Shown piece after piece: positions 32,894 to 42,294 of a DNA stretch of 64,000 nucleotides. A program made the translations under genes and the position numbers. Origin of the DNA: Candidatus Bathyarchaeota archaeon (GTDB lineage: Archaea; Thermoproteota; Bathyarchaeia; Bathyarchaeales; Bathycorpusculaceae). Every line of letters begins with the position of its first letter. Positions within the stretch are counted from its first letter, which is position 1. The stretch is from the NCBI GenBank assembly GCA_963775465.1, contig CAVZIW010000001.1, positions 64,001 through 128,000 on the forward strand. The letters run 5' to 3'. The notes beneath the pieces were generated by a model that saw nothing but the letters and a program-made list of their open reading frames with translations, made no database searches and was not told where the DNA came from.

Positions 32894-34132
32894 CTACCTG
32901 ATTTGGCCACTGCCCAAGACAATGTATTTTGTTGTTGTTAGGTGCTGTACGCTCATTGGTCCGCGAGCATGAAGTTTTTGGGTGCTGATACCGATTTCTG
33001 CGCCTAAGCCAAATTGGTTCCCATCAGTGAAACGCGTAGAAGCATTCCAGTAAACTGCTGCTGAATCGATCTCCTTTATGAATTGCAACGCTTTTCCAAA
33101 GTCAACAGTTAGAATACTCTCGCTATGATGGGTTCCGTATTTGTTAATGTGGTTGATTGCTTCGTTAAGGTTATTGACTACTTTAATGCCTATTTTTAAG
33201 TCAAGGTATTCGGTGCCCCAATCTTGTTCGGTTGCTGCTTTTACATCAGGCACTATGCTGCAGGTTTCTTCGTCTCCACGAACCTCAACGCCGTTTTTGC
33301 GTAACTCTGCAATTACAATAGGTAGATATTGTTTAGCGATGTTTTTGTGCACCAGTAGTTTTTCGGCGGCATTGCATGTTCCCGGACGTTGGCATTTAGC
33401 GTTTATTACAATGGGTGTTGCTTTGGTTAAATCAGCGTCTTCCTCAACATAGATATGGCAGTTTCCAGTTCCCGTTTCTATTACTGGTATGCGGGATTTT
33501 TCGATAACAGTTTTTATTAGGTCTGATCCTCCTCTTGGAACGAGCACGTCAATGTAGTCACGCATACCCATTAACTCCTCTGCGACTTTGCGGTCAGGTG
33601 AAGGAACAACTTGAATCGCATCAACAGGTATGTTGGTTCCGGACAGTGCTTCTCTGAGAACTTCCCCGATTGCGACGTTAGAGTTCAAGGCATCTGAGCC
33701 ACCGCGTAAAATGACTACGTTTCCTGATTTGATGCATATTCCTGCGGAATCAGAGGTTACATTTGGACGTGATTCATAAATTACACCGATAACTCCCATA
33801 GGAACTCGGATTTGGCTGATTATCAATCCGTTGGGACGTGTCCAAGTATTAAGATAAGTCCCTATGGGATCGGGAAGAGCAGAGACTTCTCTGAGTTCTT
33901 TAGCCATGGTTTGAATTTTCTTTTGGTCTAAAGCCAAGCGATCAAGCAGAGCGGCTTTAAGTCCTCTACTCTTTGCTGCTTCCACATCTTTTTTGTTTGC
34001 TGCCAAAATCTCCTCAGTATTTGCTTCCAACGCGTTTGCCATTCTGCACAATGCGGTATTTTTAGCCTCCGTTGACAGCTTGCCCATCTGAAAAGATGCA
34101 GCTTTAGCTTTTTTACAAATTTCTTCTATCAT
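32894..34132 (-). CDS. proA: Gamma-glutamyl phosphate reductase
   Basis: IYESRPNVT, GNCH, CNAAE, NASTRFTDG, ISTQKLHARGP. Confidence 0.97.
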   Translation of the reverse strand: MIEEICKKAKAASFQMGKLSTEAKNTALCRMANALEANTEEILAANKKDVEAAKSRGLKAALLDRLALDQKKIQTMAKELREVSALPDPIGTYLNTWTRPNGLIISQIRVPMGVIGVIYESRPNVTSDSAGICIKSGNVVILRGGSDALNSNVAIGEVLREALSGTNIPVDAIQVVPSPDRKVAEELMGMRDYIDVLVPRGGSDLIKTVIEKSRIPVIETGTGNCHIYVEEDADLTKATPIVINAKCQRPGTCNAAEKLLVHKNIAKQYLPIVIAELRKNGVEVRGDEETCSIVPDVKAATEQDWGTEYLDLKIGIKVVNNLNEAINHINKYGTHHSESILTVDFGKALQFIKEIDSAAVYWNASTRFTDGNQFGLGAEIGISTQKLHARGPMSVQHLTTTKYIVLGSGQIR

Positions 34133-35253
34133 TTTTCTTCCTCAATTAGGTGAATATTTCGATGTTCGATTACTTCTTTGGGTTTATCTGAACCCAGTTT
34201 TTTATGTACTTGTGTTATTTGCAGCCCTTTAATTAGGTTTAACTGGGTGCTGTTGTAGTTTGGGTTGCCACGGGCGAATTTAACGTGTTCTTCATCTTCC
34301 AAACTCACCACATCCCCTTCATCAAAAGTCCCTGTGACGTTAGTTACTCCAACTGGCAACAGACTGGAGCCTTCCATAATTGCCTTCTTTGCACCATCGT
34401 TAACTTCAATGGTTCCTTTAGCCGCGGCACAATAAGCGATCCAACGTTTCATCGCAGGCATCCGTGTTTGCGCTTTAAAGTGAGTTCCAACGTCTTTTCC
34501 AGTTAAAATATCTAAAATGACGTTGTTTTTTCGGCTGTTGGCAACAATAACTTGAATGCCACAGTTAGTGGCGATTTCTGCGGCTTTAATTTTGCTTTGG
34601 ATTCCTCCTCTGCCTATTTTGCTCTTGCCGTTTAGAGAATTTTTGAATTCAGTGGTTATTGACTCTACGGTTTTTATCAATTTAGCCCCGGGCTCAGAGG
34701 GATCTGCTGTGTATACTCCGTCAACATCTGAGAGAATAATTACCATATCTGCGCAGATTGCCCCAGCAACAAGTACACTGAGAATGTCGTTATCGCTAAA
34801 GTTAACTTTGTAACCTTCGGTTCTCATGAGTTCATCGATGGATGTGACGTCGTTTTCGTTAATTATAGGAATCACACCGATTTTTAGAAGTAAACTTAGA
34901 ACGTTACAGGTATGCACGTAGGATGCTCTATTTGAGAGGTCTTCGGCGGTTAACAGAATCTGGGCAACTTTCAAATCGAATTTTTTGAATAGTTCTCGGT
35001 ATTTTGCCATGAGAACGTTCTGTCCAGAAGCCGCTGCGGCTTGTTGGAAAACGATATCTTTGGGTTTAGGGGGAATTCCTAATTCTGCGATGCCTGCAGC
35101 AACCGCTCCTGAAGAGATGAGGACTATTTTGTCTCCTTTTTTTGTGGCATTGGCTATTTGACTTGTTAATTTATTCATTTCTTCGTGGTCTAGTTTTCCA
35201 TCTTTGGTTATGCCGTTTGTGCCGACTTTAACCACTATTAATCTTTGAGGCAT
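34129..35253 (-). CDS. proB: Glutamate 5-kinase with PUA domain
   Basis: VVKVGT, SSGAVAAG, INEND, DNDILS, C-terminal PUA. Confidence 0.96.
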   Translation of the reverse strand: MPQRLIVVKVGTNGITKDGKLDHEEMNKLTSQIANATKKGDKIVLISSGAVAAGIAELGIPPKPKDIVFQQAAAASGQNVLMAKYRELFKKFDLKVAQILLTAEDLSNRASYVHTCNVLSLLLKIGVIPIINENDVTSIDELMRTEGYKVNFSDNDILSVLVAGAICADMVIILSDVDGVYTADPSEPGAKLIKTVESITTEFKNSLNGKSKIGRGGIQSKIKAAEIATNCGIQVIVANSRKNNVILDILTGKDVGTHFKAQTRMPAMKRWIAYCAAAKGTIEVNDGAKKAIMEGSSLLPVGVTNVTGTFDEGDVVSLEDEEHVKFARGNPNYNSTQLNLIKGLQITQVHKKLGSDKPKEVIEHRNIHLIEEEK

Positions 35254-35417
35254 CGCAAGTCCCTTTTAAATTAGGCTTATTTGAAATATGTTCGGCTTGC
35301 TTTTAAATGCAACCAAAGCTAGGCATAAAACTGTCGCGATTTTAAGTTAATTTGATGCTGAAAACATCAAAAAGATCCTAAAAATTTAGGAAAAATATAT
35401 AAGTAAAATGGGCATGG

Positions 35418-37634
35418 GTGTCAAATATGTTACCCTTACAAGCATTAGCATCATTGTTAACTAACAGTCAATTTGTCTTTTGGATTGCACCCATTGCAGG
35501 TGTAGTTGCCGTTCTTGCGTCTCTTTTACTCATGTACCGCATTGGAAAAATGAGTCCAGGTGGACCCAAAACCGTTGAAGTTGGCAACGCAATCAGGGAA
35601 GGTGCATATGCATTTCTAAAAAGACAATACAAAACCATCGCCATAATTACAGTAGTGATTTTTGTTCTACTATGGATTGCCTTGCCCAGCGGTTATCTTG
35701 GAGTGGGTACCGCGGCAGCTTTCTTGGTTGGTGCAGTAGCATCCTTAGCTGCTGGCTACATCGCCATGGACAACGCAACTAAAGCCAACGTTCGAACGGT
35801 GGCAGCGGCAAAAGATCATGGTGCAGAAAAAGCGTTAAAGACAGCATTTTACGGTGGCGCCACTATGGGCATGGCAGTCGTCGGTTTGTCTTTGTTGGGC
35901 GTAAGTTTTCTCTTCTTGCTCTACGGCGGTTACAACGCCATGTTTAACACCCTTGACGTCACCCAAGCAGCACAACTTGGGAGAGATGCGGCAAGCGGAA
36001 TTGTAGGTATGGGTTTTGGTGCCTCCTTGATCGCATTGTTTGCTCAGTTAGGCGGCGGAATTTACACTAAAGCCGCGGACGTCGGTGCAGACCTTGTGGG
36101 AAAAGTTGAAGCAGGAATCCCTGAAGACGACCCACGCAATCCAGCGGTAATCGCAGATAATGTTGGCGATAATGTCGGTGATTCTGCAGGTAGAGGTGCA
36201 GACCTCTTTGAATCTGCAACTGGGGAGAACATCGGAGGTATGATTATCGGCGGTTTAATCAGCATCGCTACAGGTAACCTTGTGTTTCTGATTTTCCCGT
36301 TAATCGCACGTGCCTTGGGCATCTTTGCAACATTAGTTGGAATGCCTTTTGTGAAACTTACTCAAGCAGAAGCAAAACATCCAATGAAAGCATTAAGAAA
36401 AGGACTAATGGTTACGACCATTGTTTCAGGTATATTGTTCTTGTTTGCAACAATCTTTCTCTTAGGCGATGGCTCTTTCTCCATGACCTTCTTGTACCTG
36501 TATTTTGCATTACTTGCGGGTCTAGCTGCAAGCGTAGCAATTGACTACATTACAGACTACTATACAGGTGCAAACCGAGGTCCCGTATTTAAAATTGCAA
36601 AAGCCAGCGAAACAGGCTCAGCAACTAACATCATTACCGGTTTTGCCGTTGGACTAGAGACAACCGCTTTACCAATCGTTTCACTTGTAATAGCGTTGAT
36701 TGTTTCGTATTTCTTCGGTACACAATTTGCGGTTTCTTGGAACGCAACTCATCCTTCATTCATTGATCCGTTTATTGGCGGTATATACGGAACAACACTT
36801 GCGACCATGGGTATGCTCGCAGTCATGGGCATGGTCTTAGCTCTCGACGGGTTTGGTCCAATCGCTGACAACGCAGCAGGCATTGCAGAAATGTCCGGAG
36901 AAGGTGGAGCAGAAGAAACAATGGAAGCACTTGATGCAGTCGGAAACACGACTAAAGCCCTCACAAAAGGGTTTGCACTTGGCTCAGCTCTGCTTGCAGC
37001 GCAATTGTTATTCCAAACTTATGCTTCAGAAGTTACAGCAATTACGGGAGTCAACTTCGTTGTAGACATTTCGAACCCTGCAGTGTTAATCGCAGGGTTT
37101 ATCGGTGCAATGTTACCCTTCTTTTTTAGTTCCCAAGCCATTAGTGCAGTTGGCAAAGCAGCAGCAGAAATGGTCGCAGAGGTTAGACGTCAATTCCGAG
37201 AAATACCTGGCATCATGGACGGAACAGGTAAACCCGATTATGGTCGAGCAGTTGATATAAGCACAAAATCTGCACTTAGAGGCATGGTACTTCCAGGATT
37301 GATCATAGTTGTCGTTCCAATTGTTGTCGGTGTCTTATTGGGACCTGAAGCCGTTGGAGCACTCGTAATTGGAGCCACCCTCTCAGCAGTACCATTAGCA
37401 CTGTTCATGAACACAGGAGGAGGTGCATGGGATAACGCAAAGAAATTCATTGAAGCAGGACACTTCGGAGGCAAAGGAAGCCCCGCACATGCGGCGGCAG
37501 TTGTCGGCGATACTGTAGGAGACCCACTAAAAGACACTGCAGGACCAAGTCTACACGTTCTCATAAAACTACTCAGCACTCTCTCAATCGTCTTTATCCC
37601 ACTGTTTTTCAACCTCCTGCAACTGATTCATTGA
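35418..37634 (+). CDS. hppA: Membrane-bound ion-pumping pyrophosphatase, K+-independent type
   Basis: DVGADLVGKVE, EDDPRNP, DNVGDNVGD, GNTTKA (Lys at the K+-independence site), GDTVGDPLKDTAGP. Confidence 0.96.
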   Translation: MSNMLPLQALASLLTNSQFVFWIAPIAGVVAVLASLLLMYRIGKMSPGGPKTVEVGNAIREGAYAFLKRQYKTIAIITVVIFVLLWIALPSGYLGVGTAAAFLVGAVASLAAGYIAMDNATKANVRTVAAAKDHGAEKALKTAFYGGATMGMAVVGLSLLGVSFLFLLYGGYNAMFNTLDVTQAAQLGRDAASGIVGMGFGASLIALFAQLGGGIYTKAADVGADLVGKVEAGIPEDDPRNPAVIADNVGDNVGDSAGRGADLFESATGENIGGMIIGGLISIATGNLVFLIFPLIARALGIFATLVGMPFVKLTQAEAKHPMKALRKGLMVTTIVSGILFLFATIFLLGDGSFSMTFLYLYFALLAGLAASVAIDYITDYYTGANRGPVFKIAKASETGSATNIITGFAVGLETTALPIVSLVIALIVSYFFGTQFAVSWNATHPSFIDPFIGGIYGTTLATMGMLAVMGMVLALDGFGPIADNAAGIAEMSGEGGAEETMEALDAVGNTTKALTKGFALGSALLAAQLLFQTYASEVTAITGVNFVVDISNPAVLIAGFIGAMLPFFFSSQAISAVGKAAAEMVAEVRRQFREIPGIMDGTGKPDYGRAVDISTKSALRGMVLPGLIIVVVPIVVGVLLGPEAVGALVIGATLSAVPLALFMNTGGGAWDNAKKFIEAGHFGGKGSPAHAAAVVGDTVGDPLKDTAGPSLHVLIKLLSTLSIVFIPLFFNLLQLIH

Positions 37635-37723
37635 GCGCGAAAATCGGGAAGTCTTTTCTTCCCTGCCTTATTTTTCTTTTATCATTTTGAATTTGTTTTT
37701 TTCCGCAGTATATTTTTACCTCA

Positions 37724-38848
37724 TTGTGCATTCACCTAAGCTTAACGAGATGTGCTCTGTTGAAAATTATTGAAAAGAACCTGCAGCAAGATTTTGTCAA
37801 AGTGGTACCTGATTCACCAGATGATCTTTGGCATCTATATAACGTAATCTTTGCGGATGATGAAGTCTACGCTTATAGTTCAAGAGCAATAAAAAGCGAT
37901 ACTGAAGGATCACGACCCAAAAGTGGTGAAAGGGTTGCAGCTTTCATGGGTGTGAAAGTAATTTCGGTTAGTTGGGATAAATTCCTTGGCAAACTACGGG
38001 TTCATGGATTAATTTGTCATGCTCCAGATATTATTCCTACAGGAGCGCATCACACGATTAGTGTTGCATTAAACCAACCTGTTACTATTGTAAAAAAGGA
38101 ATGGCCCAAACACCTGCTTGATCGCTTGACGCATGCAAGTGAAACCGAAAAACCCATGCTTATAATCTCTATTGACGACGAAGGCTTTGCAATAGCTGAA
38201 ACAAGACAGTACGGTTATGAAACTCGGGTGGACCAACGTATGAGATTGCCTGGAAAGCAAGAGGCAGATAAACGTGTTGAAGCTACCAAAGGCTACTTCC
38301 GACTTGCAGTTAATAGCTTGAACAAATTATGGGCACTAAACCATAATCCAATCGTTATCATAGGAGCTGGGTTTGTTAAGAACGATTTTGTAAAATTTTT
38401 AGACGAAGAATCTCATGAAATGGCCAAATCTGTGGTCGATGTTAAGAGCGTAAATAATGGAGGGACGGCAGGTATCGGTGAAGCGTTACGTTCAGGTGTT
38501 TTGTTAAAAGCTGCGCATACACTGAGAATTGTTGAAGAAACCGAAACCATGGAGGAGGTGATGAAACGGCTAGGCAAGGAAGAAGGTACAGTTGCCTATG
38601 GGTTGACGGCGGTGGAGAACGCGGTGATAATGGGGGCAGTAGAGAAGTTGGTAATTGCAGATACAACTCTTCGTGAAGCTGACGAAGCGCAACGACTCAA
38701 ATTAGATGACTTGATGAGGCAGGTGGAAAAACGAAATGCATCAATAACTGTGGTTAGCACTGAACATGAAGCAGGCGCAAAACTACTTTCATTAGGTGGA
38801 ATTGTGGCACTTCTGAGATACCCATTATACAGAGATAATGCTCCTTAG
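37724..38848 (+). CDS. pelA: Pelota ribosome-rescue protein
   Basis: DDLWHLYNVI, GAHHT, STEHEAGAKL, LGGIVALLRY. Confidence 0.94.
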   Translation: MCIHLSLTRCALLKIIEKNLQQDFVKVVPDSPDDLWHLYNVIFADDEVYAYSSRAIKSDTEGSRPKSGERVAAFMGVKVISVSWDKFLGKLRVHGLICHAPDIIPTGAHHTISVALNQPVTIVKKEWPKHLLDRLTHASETEKPMLIISIDDEGFAIAETRQYGYETRVDQRMRLPGKQEADKRVEATKGYFRLAVNSLNKLWALNHNPIVIIGAGFVKNDFVKFLDEESHEMAKSVVDVKSVNNGGTAGIGEALRSGVLLKAAHTLRIVEETETMEEVMKRLGKEEGTVAYGLTAVENAVIMGAVEKLVIADTTLREADEAQRLKLDDLMRQVEKRNASITVVSTEHEAGAKLLSLGGIVALLRYPLYRDNAP

Positions 38849-39057
38849 AGATGGCATGACTATTATTGCTACCCACAAATTTGTAAATGGGCCATCGTCA
38901 CCTAATTGCACCGTTAAGGGAATATTGAACACTGGACGTTATCATTTTTCTCTCTACCAGAAAACGACTTTATAAAGCCTTGTTTAAGCCTTTATAAATA
39001 GATGCTTTATATACTCCTCTGTTAATTTAAATACTCTAACCGTGACCGTGAATTGAC

Positions 39058-39621
39058 ATGAGTAAACGAAAACCAATCATTTCGATTCAAAACATAGTTG
39101 CTTCAGTTTCACTTAACCAAAAAATCGACCTGCAGAAGATCGTGGAAAAATTTCCACAAACAGAATATAACCCCTCCGTTTTTCCAGGCTTAGTTTTTCG
39201 GCTAAAGAAACCCAAAACAGCTACCTTAATATTCGGTACAGGTAAAATGGTATGTACAGGTGCTAAATCTGAAAAAGAAAGCCGCAGCGCAGTAGAAAAA
39301 GTCGTTAAGGAACTCCGAAGCGAGGGCATCCAAATCACTGAAAAGCCAATCGTCAACATTCAAAACATCGTTGCATCAGCTGAGCTTGGCGGAGAAATCG
39401 ACCTTGAAAGTCTCGTCTATAAACTTGAACGGGTTATGTATGAACCCGAGCAGTTTCCAGGGGCAGTTTTTCGAATGGCGGAACCAAAGGTTGTTTTCTT
39501 AATTTTTAGTGCAGGTAAGCTTGTGTGTGTTGGCGCAAAGAAGGAAGAGCAAGTTTACGAAGCTGTCGACAAAATCCAGCAGTTGTTGGAAGAAAAGGAA
39601 CTCATCTACTATCCTTCTTAG
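39058..39621 (+). CDS. tbp: TATA-box-binding protein
   Basis: Two IQNIVAS repeats, YNPSVFPGL / YEPEQFPGA. Confidence 0.97.
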   Translation: MSKRKPIISIQNIVASVSLNQKIDLQKIVEKFPQTEYNPSVFPGLVFRLKKPKTATLIFGTGKMVCTGAKSEKESRSAVEKVVKELRSEGIQITEKPIVNIQNIVASAELGGEIDLESLVYKLERVMYEPEQFPGAVFRMAEPKVVFLIFSAGKLVCVGAKKEEQVYEAVDKIQQLLEEKELIYYPS

Positions 39622-40328
39622 ACTTCTTTTTTCATTCTTCGCCTAACAGCAGGATTTATTTCTGATACCTTTTTAAGTGATTGTTCAAAAGTTTCATTAG
39701 GCATCAATCCTCTTTTTAAAAATACACCAGTCCTTCCAACAGTATCCCGTTTCAATAATGCGTGGACTCTGTCTAAGACTGTTTCAGAAGATACGCCTAT
39801 TATTTTTGCGGCAAATTCTTCTCTTCCGACTATGGTGCTTTCTATGTGTCCTTTTTTGGTTGGTTCAATAAGCATCAAACGTTTGTCTACTCCCGATACC
39901 CGAATGTTTGCTATTAATTGATTTAGGGTTATTTCTCCGCCAAACCTGTAGAACTCCCGCTCAACTCGACGCATTTGCATGAGGGGGAAAGAAACAATTG
40001 TTGATTCGTCGATTTCGATATGGGCTTTCATGGCATAATTGGGTGTTGCCTGAACAACAAAACGCGTATTTACTGAGATTTTGGCTTGTTGAAGCGCAGT
40101 CTCTACCAAGAAACTGTTTTGAACTTCAGGAATAAAGATGTCGATGTCACTGCTACCTTTAACGTCGCCTCTTGCTATACTTCCGTGAACAATTGCCTGC
40201 AAATGATATTTTTCTAACGCTGTCATTATTGGATTAGCTTTTTCTCTGAGAGTAGCAAGCTGCTTCCATTTCATGTTTGTATAGATGATTTCTCGGGTAT
40301 CAGCGTTCTTGACGGGTTTAGTTGCCAT
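39618..40328 (-). CDS. Predicted nucleotidyltransferase (archaeal, Pol beta-like)
   Basis: HGSIARGDVKGSSDIDIF, EFYRFGG, GVDKRL, GRTGVF. Confidence 0.88.
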   Translation of the reverse strand: MATKPVKNADTREIIYTNMKWKQLATLREKANPIMTALEKYHLQAIVHGSIARGDVKGSSDIDIFIPEVQNSFLVETALQQAKISVNTRFVVQATPNYAMKAHIEIDESTIVSFPLMQMRRVEREFYRFGGEITLNQLIANIRVSGVDKRLMLIEPTKKGHIESTIVGREEFAAKIIGVSSETVLDRVHALLKRDTVGRTGVFLKRGLMPNETFEQSLKKVSEINPAVRRRMKKEV

Positions 40329-40654
40329 TTTGTTCCGCTGAAATAGAACTTTAATATGACATCGTTTATTTACCTAACCCATTTTTCCTATTCTTAAACC
40401 TCTTTGGCTTTTTCTTCATCTAATTTTTTACCGGGGATTTGTTCAATCAATTTCTGTTCAATCTTTATCTAAAAATGTTTTCCGCTATAACTTAAGAAAA
40501 ACTTATCTGCTTAGGATAGCTATTCGTGTTAGAATTAACTGCGCTCTCCGGCTTTAGTCTACTTCGTATTAGTGTTGTGCGCTAAAAGTTTTTGAGATTA
40601 CAAATTCACATTTTTTATATATTGTAAATTAGGTTTAATCATAACTATCGCGAT

Positions 40655-41026
40655 GTGGTGCCCAGTTTGGCAATTTCCCTAACAGTAAACGACTTCGATG
40701 AACTATTGGTACAGGTTATCGAAGAAACGATCATATATTGTTTGGGAGAAAGAAACGCAAATATTATTATTAATTATTTGGACACGCAAAACTACCCCTT
40801 AAGCGAAACGCCTAAAAGACCTGAATTTTTCTCGGAGGAGCTAAGAAACCTAATGGGTTTTGGGCGAAGACAAATTATGGGAGCTGCAGTAGTGCTCGAA
40901 GAAACAATATTAGAACTGTTTTGCAAAAAATTAGGAATGAAATTTGAAGCAGAACTACCCATAAATTTTCCATATCAAGTAAGAAAATTACGCGAATTGT
41001 GCAGAGCGGGAAACATCAGGAGGTGA
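40655..41026 (+). CDS. Small archaeal signalling-associated protein (DUF3227/NitrOD5-like)
   Basis: IEETIIYCLGE...PEFFSEELRNLMG...LEETILELF pattern; directly upstream of a receiver gene. Confidence 0.65.
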   Translation: MVPSLAISLTVNDFDELLVQVIEETIIYCLGERNANIIINYLDTQNYPLSETPKRPEFFSEELRNLMGFGRRQIMGAAVVLEETILELFCKKLGMKFEAELPINFPYQVRKLRELCRAGNIRR

Positions 41027-41033
41027 ACTTGTA

Positions 41034-41495
41034 GTGCAAAAAAGACCAAGTATCCTAATTGTTGATGATGACAAGGAGATAGCTAGATCCTTAAGCATGG
41101 TTTTAGAATCCGAAGGGTACCAAACTGCAGTAGCTAATACTATAAAAGAAGCTATTGAAAAGTCCTATGAAAGTTTTTACAATATGGCAATTTTGGATAT
41201 CAAGCTCCCAGATGGGGAAGGAACGAGCCTTCTTAAAAAACTGCGAGAGATCTCTCCAAAGACATTGAAGATAATGATCACTGGATATCCGATACTGAAA
41301 AATGCAGTTGATTCTTTAAATGACGGTGCAGTTGCTTACTTAATCAAACCAGTTGATTTACAAAAATTAACGATGACAATAAAAAATAAAATTGAAGAAC
41401 AGAAAGCCAATGAGACAACAACTGAAGACAGCATTGCCGATTTTATCCAAGCCAGATCAAAAAAGCTATTGGGCAAGAAAACAAGTTTCCAATAA
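41034..41495 (+). CDS. Single-domain response regulator (REC)
   Basis: ILIVDDD, LDIKLPD, ITG, YLIKP. Confidence 0.94.
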   Translation: MQKRPSILIVDDDKEIARSLSMVLESEGYQTAVANTIKEAIEKSYESFYNMAILDIKLPDGEGTSLLKKLREISPKTLKIMITGYPILKNAVDSLNDGAVAYLIKPVDLQKLTMTIKNKIEEQKANETTTEDSIADFIQARSKKLLGKKTSFQ

Positions 41496-41551
41496 AATCT
41501 TTAAAAAACGATCGAAGACATGGAATTAATCAAGGTTGGAATATAGAAAAA

Positions 41552-42103
41552 TTGATTGAAAAGAGCAGCCCCAAGGGCAATAAAAAGCAAAACTCGCTGA
41601 AAGGAATAGCAGACGAAACTAGCAAATTCGCAGTGGATTTTTCGAACTTAACGAACAATCCTGCAAAAAAAACAGAACACAAATCATTTGACTCGAATTT
41701 GAGAAGTATCATACCGCTAGATATAGAATACATTGGGCAATCACTCAAAAAAGTTCAAAATATTAAAATTTTTAGTGAAATGCTTTGGTCAGACAAGAAA
41801 ATTTCAGGAAAAATAACTAGCGATGTAATCAAAATAATGAATAAAGTTTACAGAAAAAATTTCTTGTTTGGAAACGGAAAGAGTTTGAGGTGCCCATTGG
41901 GAGGGTTGTTCTATCTTTTGGGTCATAGGTATGGTGATCCGAAGAAACAAAGAGAAGTAGCGCTAGTTCTTCAAACAACTGAAGTCTCGATAAGAATTTA
42001 TTACAAGCAATGGCTAAGAGATTTCCCTGAATTATTCCAAGATATAAAAGGAAAACTCTCTAAACAAGATCTTTTTCGTAAAGATTATTGTAAAATACCG
42101 TGA
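41552..42103 (+). CDS. Protein with a single TFIIB-type cyclin/HTH repeat
   Basis: GKSLRCPLGGLFYLLG...KQREVALVLQTTEVSIRIYYK aligns with TFB GKDPMGLAAATLYIAC...TQKDIAEASGVTEVTVRNRYK. Confidence 0.7.
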   Translation: MIEKSSPKGNKKQNSLKGIADETSKFAVDFSNLTNNPAKKTEHKSFDSNLRSIIPLDIEYIGQSLKKVQNIKIFSEMLWSDKKISGKITSDVIKIMNKVYRKNFLFGNGKSLRCPLGGLFYLLGHRYGDPKKQREVALVLQTTEVSIRIYYKQWLRDFPELFQDIKGKLSKQDLFRKDYCKIP

Positions 42104-42294
42104 GGGCGAATTGGATTTAATATTAGCAAGAAATGCAAAGATGTAGTAACATAGAGAATGATCAATAACCTTTACATTTGAATGATTTTATGGATCCTGA
42201 ATTCATAAATTAATTATAAACAAATTGGCGGTAGTTGATTGAGAGATGATTAGTACAACCTTCAATCTGAAAGGAGTGTATAGAATTACCAAAT

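Noticed and set aside
38849-38901. GATGGC...GCCATC hairpin after pelA as a riboswitch
   Set aside because: Short stem and no match to a riboswitch consensus I can support
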